From: Vulcanimicrobiota bacterium
GTDB taxonomy: Bacteria; Vulcanimicrobiota; Xenobia; Xenobiales; JADMJV01
NCBI GenBank assembly: GCA_050250895.1
Contig: JBFWNU010000001.1
Coordinates: 1,384,008-1,448,007, forward strand
DNA length: 64,000 nucleotides
Direction of reading: 5' to 3'
The position numbers and the translations under genes are program-made. The stretch's first letter is position 1; the number at the start of each line of letters is the position of its first letter. Under the pieces are notes generated by a model. The model made no database searches. It saw only the letters and a program-made list of their open reading frames with translations, and was not told where the DNA came from. This document shows positions 52,336 to 61,566 of the stretch, piece after piece.

Positions 52336-53199
52336 TCTTTCAAAGTTCTGTTCGCGGGCCTCGCCGGTGCGCAGTTTGGTCTCGGCTTCGAGGTGGATGA
52401 ACTCGCTCCGGGGCACCAGATGGGCCGCCTCCATCTGGTCGCGTTGCACGTTGGTGACCGCGCTCAGACGGCTGTTGCCCGGCGAGTCGAAAGTTACGAT
52501 GCTGGTGTCGAATCCCTGGTCGACCAGACTCTGGTGCAGGGCCTTGAGGCGGGGTGGGTCGCGGTCGTCGTCGGCGCCGTCGCTGAGCACCACTTGCCGG
52601 CTCAGGGGAAAGTCGGGTGCCTCCTGGTGGCCTTTCCAGGCCGAAAACCCGTGCAGTTGCAGCACGTTTTGACCGGGCTCGGTCAACCCCTCGTGAAAGG
52701 CCTGAAAGGCGGTCTGGCGGGTGTGGGTCATGTCGCTGATGGGGCGACCTGCGACATCGGGCGAAGGGTCGTGCCGGTTGTTGCGATGCGCTCCGGCCAG
52801 GATATAGGCCTGAGCGTCGAGTTCTTGAAAGGCGCGCAATCCGAGCTCAGGGGTGGATTTGTCGGCCACCGGGTGGGGCACTTCCACAATCCAGTGGCTG
52901 GCCGGGCGTTGTCTGAGCAAGACTTTGCCCCAGCCACGCTCGGGGCCGGCCTCTTCGAGCAACCAGAATTTCTCGCCCTCGAGTTCGATCTGGTCGACTC
53001 GATAACCGACCTGCCCGGCCGTCTGGCGAGCTTCTTCCAGATGCCCACCACGGGTTAACTCGACCGCATCCCGCAACTGGCGGCACTGCTCGGCCGTGGG
53101 GGATACGTAGTTTTCGTGGTCGCGATCGAACTGTTGCTTGATCGCGGCCTCCCAGCGGTCACCGAGGCCCTGGAAGCGTCCAGACGGATGGATGAGCAT
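52303..53199 (-). CDS. Hypothetical protein, possible Zn-carboxypeptidase-fold amidohydrolase
   Basis: VEVPHPVAD, AGAHR, SDMTH, LQLHGF, FIHLE conserved-looking His/acid motifs. Confidence 0.6.
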   Translation of the reverse strand: MLIHPSGRFQGLGDRWEAAIKQQFDRDHENYVSPTAEQCRQLRDAVELTRGGHLEEARQTAGQVGYRVDQIELEGEKFWLLEEAGPERGWGKVLLRQRPASHWIVEVPHPVADKSTPELGLRAFQELDAQAYILAGAHRNNRHDPSPDVAGRPISDMTHTRQTAFQAFHEGLTEPGQNVLQLHGFSAWKGHQEAPDFPLSRQVVLSDGADDDRDPPRLKALHQSLVDQGFDTSIVTFDSPGNSRLSAVTNVQRDQMEAAHLVPRSEFIHLEAETKLRTGEAREQNFERLLRGLKQALD

Positions 53200-53255
53200 A
53201 GCCTCAGCCTAGCCGGGCAGGGTGAAAAGAAGTTGAAATGGGTAAGACTGGGTGG

Positions 53256-54365
53256 ATGCGCTATTGGTGGTTGGTCGTGATCATCTTGTGTGGCTGCGGA
53301 CCCGCACGAGAACAGAAGCTGTCTGAGTTCGGCCAGCAGTTTGCCCATGCGATCAATCAGAACCAGCCCGAAAAAGCTGTTGCCGAGCTCGATTTCGAGC
53401 GCTACTTCGCGCGGGTGACTAAAGACTCCAGGCTGAGCGAACCAGAGCTCGCCGCTCTCAAAAAGCGCTATGGCCAGGCCTGGCGTCGCGGAGGCGGTAT
53501 TCTCGAGAGCACCCGCGGCGAAGTGTGGCGACTGGTCAAGGTCGAGTTGCCCAACCAGTTGCTCTTTCGCGTGCAGCGGGTCGACGGTACCCTCGATTAT
53601 CGGCGGGCGCTGGTCAGCGATACTGATGAGGGCCCGCGTATTGTGGACCTCTATGTCTTTCGTTCGGGCGCCTGGCAGGCCGAGACGGCCAGCCAGTTGC
53701 TCGGTGTGCTCGGTTCTGACGATTCGTTCGAGCAGCGCCGCCTACGCGAGATTCTCGAGCAGTTCTATCGCCTGTTGCAAGAAGGACGTTATGCGGACGT
53801 AGTGGCTGCCTACAACGAGTTGCCGGCCGAACTGCGAGAGCAAAAGCCGGTGCTTATCGCTTACGTGACCTCTGCTTCGACCTTGGAGCCCGAGGTTCAC
53901 CAGAAGGCGGTCGAGCGTTTCGCCAGCCTCTTTCCCGAGGATCCGGCCGTGGCGCTGCTGGCTTACGACGAGGCGCTGGCCCGAGGCCGTGGGGAAGAGG
54001 CCCTGGCCGCGGTAGAAGCGTTACGCAAACAAGTTGGCTTCGATGATGCTTATCTCGACTACCTGCGAGCCGAGTGTGCCGCTCTGCGCGAGCAGCCTGA
54101 CGTAGTTCGCACCTGTCTCGAGAAATGCGTCGCCGCCGAACCCGACACCGAGTTTTTTCATTGGGCCTTGTTAGAACGGTTGGAGCGCGAAGGCAAATTT
54201 ACCGAAGTCAGTAAGCGGCTGGCGGCCCTGGAAACTCTCTACCCCGACCACGCTGCCCTGGTCGAGGCCATGGAAATGATGCATCGCCTCGAGGATTTTC
54301 GGGCTTCAGAAGCGGGCGTGAAATGGTTGTCCGTACAAAAAAAGAGCCCCGGAGAACCGGGGTGA
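53256..54365 (+). CDS. Lipoprotein with C-terminal TPR-like helices
   Basis: MRYWWLVVIILCGC lipobox; helical repeat C-terminus. Confidence 0.75.
   Translation: MRYWWLVVIILCGCGPAREQKLSEFGQQFAHAINQNQPEKAVAELDFERYFARVTKDSRLSEPELAALKKRYGQAWRRGGGILESTRGEVWRLVKVELPNQLLFRVQRVDGTLDYRRALVSDTDEGPRIVDLYVFRSGAWQAETASQLLGVLGSDDSFEQRRLREILEQFYRLLQEGRYADVVAAYNELPAELREQKPVLIAYVTSASTLEPEVHQKAVERFASLFPEDPAVALLAYDEALARGRGEEALAAVEALRKQVGFDDAYLDYLRAECAALREQPDVVRTCLEKCVAAEPDTEFFHWALLERLEREGKFTEVSKRLAALETLYPDHAALVEAMEMMHRLEDFRASEAGVKWLSVQKKSPGEPG
54337..54362 (-). terminator. Rho-independent terminator on the minus strand with no upstream minus-strand CDS
   Basis: Minus strand CCCCGG-ttct-CCGGGG-ctc-T7. Confidence 0.6.
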
Positions 54366-54503
54366 TGTCCAACCAATGCTCATCTCAACAACCACATAAT
54401 ACTATGCTCAGCCTCGTCATTTGTTACAAATTTGTTAACTTTTTTAACATGACATGAACTGTATTGCCTGGATGTTGCCGTAGCTTTTTGCTAGACTTTA
54501 GTG

Positions 54504-54977
54504 ATGAAGCGCATCTGGGAACTGTTGGGGCTGGTGATCTTATGTTCTGCGGTCGCTTTCTGGATGACCCGCACCCCGGCGGCGCCACCTTCCCCACCGC
54601 CCGAGCAACCAGAGCGGCTGTCGTTTAATGGTATCTTTCTGGGACAGGCCCGGACCGAACTCGAGCAGCGGTTGGGCCCCCCCAACTATCACCTCCAGCC
54701 CTGGTTGCTGCAGTGGGAAAAGGAGCGCGGTAACTTCACTCGGGTCGCCTTCGACGAGCAAGACCGGGTGAAAGGGGTGGAAGGAGTGGGCCAGCTCTTG
54801 CGCGGTCCTCGAGTGCTCACCGCCTTCGGCCGGCCCCGGGCAGAAATGCTGGCCAATCTCGGTGAGCCCATCCATGCCGAAGGCGATGTCTATCGCTACA
54901 ATGGCATCACCATTTCTTGCTCTGAGCTGGTGGGAATGATCACCTTGGGGGATGTTTCCCCACCCTCCGATGGCTAG
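54504..54977 (+). CDS. Small membrane-anchored hypothetical protein (two BamE/BLIP-like half repeats)
   Basis: N-terminal TM, Pro linker, LGQARTELEQRLGPP and FGRPRAEMLANLGEP repeats; TGcTAGACT 6 nt before ATG. Confidence 0.7.
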   Translation: MKRIWELLGLVILCSAVAFWMTRTPAAPPSPPPEQPERLSFNGIFLGQARTELEQRLGPPNYHLQPWLLQWEKERGNFTRVAFDEQDRVKGVEGVGQLLRGPRVLTAFGRPRAEMLANLGEPIHAEGDVYRYNGITISCSELVGMITLGDVSPPSDG

Positions 54978-55174
54978 ACCGAATCTGTTGGAGCAGACGC
55001 TCGTCGAAGTGGAGGCCCCGGCTGGCCAGCCGTCCCCGGTGGCCCTCGTGGGTGAGCACCTCGTGTAGTCATCGAGCTGATGGAACGAGTCCATGGGAAT
55101 GGATTCGGCCCTGGACCCGACCAGCCTTCGCTACCGCAGGTATGGTCGGGCCGCAACGGTGGAATAATCCGGCC

Positions 55175-55960
55175 ATGAGAAGATTGCTTGTCTGCCTGGT
55201 GGTGTCGGTTTGGGCCACCGCTATCGCCCAGCAGAGCTACATCCCCGGGGTCTACACCAATCCGGTCTTTCGCAATATCTATGACCGCCAGTTCATGACC
55301 AACATCGCCGTCAACGGCGCCATGCGCTCGCAGATGCTTCGCGACGCCACGAGTGGGAAGGGGAAGGCCGTCAGGCCGGCCAACGACCCTCTGGTTTTCA
55401 AAGCCACCGGGGTACCCGTCATCTCGGACCAAGAATTAGCCACCCTTGGCACCAAAGAAGAGGTCGAGGCTTTCGAAAGGATGGCTAACGGGCTGTTGTC
55501 GGCCTATATTCAAGAGTCGCGTGCCAACTCGCTTATTCCCAATGACGTGGGGGTGGCCTTCACCTACTTCGCCGTCAAGAACTATATGGTCTATAAGAAC
55601 GCCCTGGTGGACTACAAAGGCTATCAGAACCGCGGTATTCTCATCACCAACCAGATTCCCAACTATGTCGATTCGACCCAGGAGCAGAAGGTCTATCAGC
55701 AGTTCAGAACGGTGCTGTTGGCTGACCCGTCGCTGGTCAAGCAGAGCGATGCCGACAAAGAGAGACTCACCGGCGTGCTGGCCTTGATGGGTGGGCTGAC
55801 CTGGAAGCTCTATGACGAAGCCATCACGACCGGCGACGAGGCGGGGATAGAGCGGGCTCGCGCCATGGCTCGCCAGAACCTCGAGAACTTCTTCAAGACT
55901 CCGGCCGACCAGGTGAGCATCGGCTCCCGCGGACTGGCGGTGGGTCCAGCCGGCCGATAG
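55175..55960 (+). CDS. Secreted hypothetical protein (DUF6683-like)
   Basis: Signal peptide (..TAIA|QQ); NDVGVAFTYF and SDADKERL segments recall DUF6683. Confidence 0.62.
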   Translation: MRRLLVCLVVSVWATAIAQQSYIPGVYTNPVFRNIYDRQFMTNIAVNGAMRSQMLRDATSGKGKAVRPANDPLVFKATGVPVISDQELATLGTKEEVEAFERMANGLLSAYIQESRANSLIPNDVGVAFTYFAVKNYMVYKNALVDYKGYQNRGILITNQIPNYVDSTQEQKVYQQFRTVLLADPSLVKQSDADKERLTGVLALMGGLTWKLYDEAITTGDEAGIERARAMARQNLENFFKTPADQVSIGSRGLAVGPAGR

Positions 55961-55992
55961 GAGCCCGGCCGGGCCGGCCAGAAAGCCCTGAA

Positions 55993-56832
55993 ATGCCACC
56001 ATTTCAGGGTTCTGCTGGGCGAAGTTGGGAAGAGGTGGCGGGCGCCTGGGAGGCCGCTTGGGCTCGCCGCACGCGTCGGGACTACCCCGTGGGCGTGCTC
56101 TGTCGCGAAGATTGGCTTCCCGAGGGAGGGCTCGACCCCATCCTCGAAATCGCCGAGTGCCTGCTCGAGACCGGCTCGCGGCCCGTGCTGGTCAGTTCCT
56201 CTCGCCGGCCCGCCTGCCGGGCCCTGGTGGTGCCGGGCGGCGCCGATGTCGATCCGAGCTTCTATGGTCAGAAGCCGGGGCCGGGGATGGAGGGTCGAGA
56301 ACTCATCCCCGAGTTCGACCGCTTCTGTCTGGGCACTATCCGCCTGGCTCTTTACAGCGCGATGCCAATGCTGGCCATCTGCCGCGGCATGCAGTTGCTC
56401 AACGTGGCCCTGGGGGGCAGCCTGATTCAACACCTGAGCGAGGCGCGAGGGCACCAGCCCGACTGGGTGGCGGCCGATTGGCGCCTCTGGGTGCGACCCG
56501 CCCATTCACTTTTTGTCGAGCGCGATTCGCTGATGTTCGACTTGTTCGGGGTGGGCCGCCTCGAGGTCAATTCTTGTCATCATCAGGGGCTTGACCGCCT
56601 GGCCAACCGTCTGCGGGTGACCGGACGTTCAGGCGATGGTCTGGTCGAGGCGGTGGAGGTGCGAGGGGCGCGGCGGCAATACGGAGTGCAGTATCACCCC
56701 GAGGCACTCCGCCACACCGACCCTCGTCAGCTGGCTTTGTTCGCGGCCCTGAGAGCCTGCGGCATGGACACCATCACCAGCAGCAGACAGACGATGGCCG
56801 CGCCTCCTTTAGCGGCCAGCTCTCTGGCATAG
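55993..56832 (+). CDS. Peptidase C26 gamma-glutamyl hydrolase (PuuD-like class I glutamine amidotransferase fold)
   Basis: PGGADVDP, AICRGMQLLNVALGG, VNSCHHQ, GVQYHPE (Cys-His-Glu triad). Confidence 0.92.
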   Translation: MPPFQGSAGRSWEEVAGAWEAAWARRTRRDYPVGVLCREDWLPEGGLDPILEIAECLLETGSRPVLVSSSRRPACRALVVPGGADVDPSFYGQKPGPGMEGRELIPEFDRFCLGTIRLALYSAMPMLAICRGMQLLNVALGGSLIQHLSEARGHQPDWVAADWRLWVRPAHSLFVERDSLMFDLFGVGRLEVNSCHHQGLDRLANRLRVTGRSGDGLVEAVEVRGARRQYGVQYHPEALRHTDPRQLALFAALRACGMDTITSSRQTMAAPPLAASSLA

Positions 56833-57143
56833 GGCCGGTGCCCCTGCAGGGTGGAATACTGAGGTTCGTCGGGCAGAAAGACCACGGTCACGGTTTGGCC
56901 GGGCCGGTAGGCCGAGTACTGATGGGCAGGCGGGTGGATGGTGCCTCGCCAGCGCTTACCGGCGACCTCATAGTCAAAGACCAGCTGACTGACAGAACCC
57001 GTGGTCTGATTGGACACGATCTCGCCGGTAGTGAGAGACTCTTCGCCAACCAGACCGAGATCCAGGGACCAGACCTGAAAGGTCAGAACCCCCAGCCCGA
57101 GCGTCAGGACCAACGAGACCACCAGGAAAATTCGCCAGCCCAC
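56727..57143 (-). CDS. DUF3592-like membrane protein
   Basis: TM - TTGEIV..FDYEVAG..PGQTVTVVFLPDEP - TM layout. Confidence 0.75.
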   Translation of the reverse strand: MGWRIFLVVSLVLTLGLGVLTFQVWSLDLGLVGEESLTTGEIVSNQTTGSVSQLVFDYEVAGKRWRGTIHPPAHQYSAYRPGQTVTVVFLPDEPQYSTLQGHRPYARELAAKGGAAIVCLLLVMVSMPQALRAANKAS

Positions 57144-57144
57144 G

Positions 57145-57993
57145 CTAGACCTCCAGCACGTCGACCCCGACGGTCACTTTCTGCTCGCCTCCTCCCAAGA
57201 CCACGCCGCGCACCGGACAGACATCGTGATAGTCGCGGCCCCAAGCCAGGGTTACGTGGTCGGTAGCCACCAGCATGTTGTTGGTAGGGTCGAGATCGAC
57301 CCAGCCCCAGCCCGGGACCATCAAGGCCACCCAGGCGTGAGAGGCGTCGGCCCCTTCCAGGCGTGGTTTGCCTGGCGGCGGCTTGGTTCGGATGTAACCG
57401 CTCACGTAGCGGGCCGAGAGCCCCAGCGAGCGTAAGGCCGCAATCATCAGGTGGGCAAAATCCTGGCACACGCCTTTGCGTTTTTCAAAAACCTCGTCGA
57501 CGGGCGTGGACACGTTGGTGGCAGCCGGATCGAAAGTGAACTCCTTGAAGATGCGGCCATTGAGATCGACCGCGGCGGCCAGCAGGGGGCGACCGGCCGG
57601 GAACGACTCGAGAGCGTAGTGTCGCAAGGCGGTCGAGCGCGGGCAAAGGCCGGATGGAAACGAAAAGGCGAGGTCCTCGACCGGCATATCGGCGGGCGCG
57701 TCCCAGGCCGGGGTCGACTCCGGCTCGGGATATTTTGGCGGCTTGAGCAGGACCGAAAAGCGGGTGACCACTTCGAGGCGCAGATGAGGCTCCTGGATGG
57801 CGAAGAAAGTGGCCTGATTGCCGAAGTAGTCGTGGTGGCGGGTGAGCACGGCCGGCTCGGGGGTGATCGACAACTCGCCCCCGATGCATTCCTGGCCTGG
57901 GAGCACCCGGGGAGCGAAGTAGCCATGGCTGTGGCTGAGAAAGACCCGGGTTTGATAGTCGTAGATGGTCCTATGAGAGACGGTGTATTTCAT
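57145..57993 (-). CDS. Transglutaminase-like protein (canonical triad)
   Basis: HRTIYDY, DYFGN, GVCQDFAH, ARYVSGY, ASHAWV, DLDPTN, WGRDYHDV. Confidence 0.95.
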   Translation of the reverse strand: MKYTVSHRTIYDYQTRVFLSHSHGYFAPRVLPGQECIGGELSITPEPAVLTRHHDYFGNQATFFAIQEPHLRLEVVTRFSVLLKPPKYPEPESTPAWDAPADMPVEDLAFSFPSGLCPRSTALRHYALESFPAGRPLLAAAVDLNGRIFKEFTFDPAATNVSTPVDEVFEKRKGVCQDFAHLMIAALRSLGLSARYVSGYIRTKPPPGKPRLEGADASHAWVALMVPGWGWVDLDPTNNMLVATDHVTLAWGRDYHDVCPVRGVVLGGGEQKVTVGVDVLEV

Positions 57994-60368
57994 TGCCGGC
58001 TGGCGTCCAGGTGAGTCAGATAGCCGCGATTGATAGCCTCGGACATCTGCAGCAAGCGGGCGCTCAGCCCGCTGGTCAGCTCCAGCAGGTGGCTGCGACG
58101 ATTGGATTGACCGATCGGTTGGCAGAGGTGGACCACATCGGCCAGCCGGATGTCGGTCAGGCAGCCGAGCAGCAACTTGGCCTCGGGGTTGGCCCAGGTC
58201 CGCTCGTGATCGTTGGGAAGCTGCGCCAGCAAGTTCTCGAGTTCAGCCAGTTGGAAAGCCACCGAACGCGGGTTGGTCTCGTCGGCCAGAACCAGATCCA
58301 GGGCCGCCTGGGTGCTCAGCCCCCCAGGGTAGCGCTGACGGTAAGCGCGCATGCTGTCGAGCATCTCGAGCAGAGCTTCGAGCAACCGTTCCTCCGAAGA
58401 GTGACGCACTCCCAGTGTGCGCGACAACAAAGACGAGATGCGGACGGCTCGCTCGAGGCGTTTACCGATACGCAAGAAGCGCCAGTCGTGGCTGCGGGTC
58501 ATGGTCTCGTTGCTCATGCCCCAGAACGAGGCCAGTCCGCTCAATAGCAACTCTAGAAATTGCTGCGATTCGAACTCGGTGGCGTCGCGGGGGGTAGCCA
58601 GGGCGTGCAGCACTCTCCAGCTGTCTTTGGAAAGACGATCGCGCACCAGGCCGGCCAGCCGCTCGATGTTGTTGAGGGTGCTCAACAGCTCGGAGAGATG
58701 GTCCGAACCTCCGGCCAGCACCTCGATTTCGTGGGCCTCGGCGTTCTCTAGCCGGCGCAGTAAGCAGACGCGTCGCAAGCGGGCCAGATTCTCGGCCCGT
58801 TCGGTGTAGCGGCCCAGCCAGAAGAGGTTGTCGGCGACCCGACTCGGTAGGCCCAGATTCTTGCGTGACAGGCGCACCACGCTCCGCTGGGGCGAGAACT
58901 CCATTGAATCGAAGTGGGCGGGGTTGGGCCGGTCGGGGCCCAGCACCCAGGTGTCTTTGGAGCGGCCCCCGCGGGCGGCCGAGACTTCGAAGCTGTCGAG
59001 GCTGGGCGATACCCGCGACAGGCCGCCTGGCAGCACGAAGTGCTGATCGCCCACCGAGACCGAAAAGACTCGTAAGACCAGGTGGCGCGGAACCAACCTG
59101 CCATCGCTCCAAACCGGTGTTGTAGAAAGAGGCAGTAGCTCCTGGGCGACATAGTTGGAGGGGTTGTCCCGGATGCGGGTGGCCAGGTCGTCGAGGTCGC
59201 ACTGGCTGGCGAACACGGGTTGGCCCCGGTTGCCCGAAAAGGTTGGTCGCAGCAGCATTCGCTCGAGGTTGGCCAGTACATGCGCGCAGCCGTCAGGCTC
59301 GCCGCACCACCAGCTCTTCACGTCGGGCAACTCCATACTCTCGCCCAGGAAGAAGTGGCAGAGATCCTCAAGGTAAGGCGATAGGGCCGGAGTGCTGGCC
59401 CAACTCGAGCCCAGAGCGTTGGCCACCACCACGTTGCCGTGGCGAACGGCCTGGACCAGACCGGGTAGGCCCGCCAGGCCCGGGGTGGGTAATTCGAGCG
59501 GGTCGCACTCGGCGTCGGCCAGCCAGCGAAAGAGCACGTGGACCGGCTGTAAACCGTCGAGCAGTTTGACGTAGACGCGGTTGTCGCGCACCGTCATGTC
59601 GGCGGACTCCACCAGCGGGCAGCCCAGAAACTGGGCCAGGTAGGCCTGTTCGAAAAAGGTCTCGTCGCTGCGGCCGGGCGTCCACAGGACCACCCGCGGT
59701 TCGTCCTGGTTGGCCGAGAAGCTGTTGAGGCCTCGTCGCATGGCCTCGAAAAAGGGAGTCAGCCGACGCACCCGGGCGGTCTTGAAGAATTCGGGCAGCA
59801 TGCGTGCGATGAGCAGCCGGTTCTCGAGGGCATAGCCACAACCCCAGGGAGCGTGCGGGTTGTGATGGAGTACGTGCCAACGGCCATCGGGTCCCCGGCC
59901 CAGGTCCAGGCTGAGCACGAAAGGGCGGCTTGAGTTGGGCACGCGCAGCTCGACGCAGGGGCGCAGAAAGTCGGGGCTGGCGAAAAGCAGCTCGGGGGGA
60001 ACCCAGCGCTGGGCCAGCAGGATGCGGTCCTGGTAGAGGTCTTCCAGGATGCAGCGCAACAGCCGGCTACGCTGAATCAGCCCGCTCTCGATGATGTCCC
60101 ACTCGTCTTCTTCGAGCACCAGCGGCAAGGGGTCGAGTTCCCACGGCCGGTCCAGGCCCGAAGGGTCTCCGTGCAGATTGAAAGTGACCCCGTTTTCGCT
60201 CAGCAACTGGCGAACGCGGGTCCAACGTTGCCCCATTTTCAGAGGGCCAAGGCGATCCAGCGTTTCCACCAGCGAACGCCATTGCGGTCGCAACTGACGG
60301 TCGGGGGTGAGCATCTCGTCCCAGCAGTCCTTAGGCGGGGCGTAATCCTCTTTGAGGCTGGTGGTCAT
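57990..60368 (-). CDS. Circularly permuted ATP-grasp / alpha-E fusion (ATP-grasp motifs degenerate)
   Basis: WDEM, GYALENR, FEQAYLA, DPLEL, GGLSRV, KDTWV then LPSRVADNLFWLGRYTERAE, GKRLERA, NPRSVAFQL. Confidence 0.92.
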   Translation of the reverse strand: MTTSLKEDYAPPKDCWDEMLTPDRQLRPQWRSLVETLDRLGPLKMGQRWTRVRQLLSENGVTFNLHGDPSGLDRPWELDPLPLVLEEDEWDIIESGLIQRSRLLRCILEDLYQDRILLAQRWVPPELLFASPDFLRPCVELRVPNSSRPFVLSLDLGRGPDGRWHVLHHNPHAPWGCGYALENRLLIARMLPEFFKTARVRRLTPFFEAMRRGLNSFSANQDEPRVVLWTPGRSDETFFEQAYLAQFLGCPLVESADMTVRDNRVYVKLLDGLQPVHVLFRWLADAECDPLELPTPGLAGLPGLVQAVRHGNVVVANALGSSWASTPALSPYLEDLCHFFLGESMELPDVKSWWCGEPDGCAHVLANLERMLLRPTFSGNRGQPVFASQCDLDDLATRIRDNPSNYVAQELLPLSTTPVWSDGRLVPRHLVLRVFSVSVGDQHFVLPGGLSRVSPSLDSFEVSAARGGRSKDTWVLGPDRPNPAHFDSMEFSPQRSVVRLSRKNLGLPSRVADNLFWLGRYTERAENLARLRRVCLLRRLENAEAHEIEVLAGGSDHLSELLSTLNNIERLAGLVRDRLSKDSWRVLHALATPRDATEFESQQFLELLLSGLASFWGMSNETMTRSHDWRFLRIGKRLERAVRISSLLSRTLGVRHSSEERLLEALLEMLDSMRAYRQRYPGGLSTQAALDLVLADETNPRSVAFQLAELENLLAQLPNDHERTWANPEAKLLLGCLTDIRLADVVHLCQPIGQSNRRSHLLELTSGLSARLLQMSEAINRGYLTHLDASRQ

Positions 60369-60456
60369 CACGCCATCTTCGGAGTTCACCGAAGCTCAGT
60401 CTTCCCCTTCGAAAGGAAGACAGCCGGCGGAACGGAAGACAAGCTGGGGAGGACGC

Positions 60457-61566
60457 GTGTTCGGAAAAGTATTTCCAGAGGGACAGAAAACCGGCATATT
60501 GTGCGTTCTGGAGGTTGCCGGCGACACCGTGACCGCCAACGAGAAGAAGCCTCCGACTCCGGAGGATGCTCGCACTTTCACGTTTTCTCTGCGCCAGTCT
60601 CAGCTGACTTTCGGCGGTACCGACGACTGTAAGGTGGTGCTTAGCCAGTCGGGTCACAGCCTCTACGCCGAACGCAGCGACCTGGAGCCGGTGCTGGCGC
60701 GCTCGGGCTTGCTGGAGGTCTCGCGGGCGCTCGAAGGCGAGCGTCAAAAGGTGACCGTCAAACGCCGTTGGAACCGCGCTTTGACCCTGTCTGTGCTGGT
60801 GGGATTGGTGCTGCTGGCGGTGGGCTTGAACTTTCTGCTCGACGTCGCCGTCGGGCGCGTGGTCGCCACCGTCCCCGTCGCCTGGGAAGAGAAGCTGGGC
60901 GAGTTGGCTTTTGCCGGCCAGGACTGGAAGGTCATTGAAGACCCGGTGGTGGTGGAAGGCGTCCAGAAGATGGTCGACCGGCTGTTGGCGCACACCGGGT
61001 CCTCACCCTACAAGTTCAAGGTCAAGGTGGTCGACGACGAAATGGTCAACGCCTTCGCGGCCCCTGGGGGCCAGGTGGTGGTGATGTCGGGGTTGCTCAA
61101 GAAAGCCGAGAGTCCCGAAGAGGTAACCGGTGTGCTGGCCCACGAGCTCCAACATGTGCTTCATCGGCACAGCATCCGTCAACTGGCCGACCGGCTCAAG
61201 TGGCACCTGGTGATGGCTTTGCTGATCGGTGACGTTGGTTCGGTGCAAGAGGCGGTCATGGCCAATGCCCCGCTTTTTTTGCAGCTCTCCTTCTCTCGCT
61301 CGATGGAGACAGAGGCCGATACGACAGGGGTCGAGCTGTTGGTGAAGAGTAAAGTAGATCCGCGAGGGCTGAGGAGCTTTTTCGAGCGTCTTCAGAATCA
61401 ACAGGGAGCTGACCCCAAAATCTTGAAAATTATTTCAACACACCCCGCTACGGCGGATAGAATCGAGTATTTGAACGAATTGATCGAAGCTAACGCAGAC
61501 AAAGAATTCGAGCCGGTCGAGGTCGATTGGAAAGAACTCCAGGCTCATTTGAAGGGGGACGAATAG
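60457..61566 (+). CDS. M48 family metallopeptidase
   Basis: TM, VNAFAAPGG, LAHELQH (HExxH), FSRSMETEAD, STHP...RI; SD GGGGAGG before GTG. Confidence 0.92.
   Translation: MFGKVFPEGQKTGILCVLEVAGDTVTANEKKPPTPEDARTFTFSLRQSQLTFGGTDDCKVVLSQSGHSLYAERSDLEPVLARSGLLEVSRALEGERQKVTVKRRWNRALTLSVLVGLVLLAVGLNFLLDVAVGRVVATVPVAWEEKLGELAFAGQDWKVIEDPVVVEGVQKMVDRLLAHTGSSPYKFKVKVVDDEMVNAFAAPGGQVVVMSGLLKKAESPEEVTGVLAHELQHVLHRHSIRQLADRLKWHLVMALLIGDVGSVQEAVMANAPLFLQLSFSRSMETEADTTGVELLVKSKVDPRGLRSFFERLQNQQGADPKILKIISTHPATADRIEYLNELIEANADKEFEPVEVDWKELQAHLKGDE

Noticed and set aside
54950-55100. Coding-looking minus-strand fragment (LHEVLTHEGHRGRLASRGLHFDERLLQQIRS)
   Set aside because: No start codon in that frame and no recognisable family; could be a remnant but unsupported
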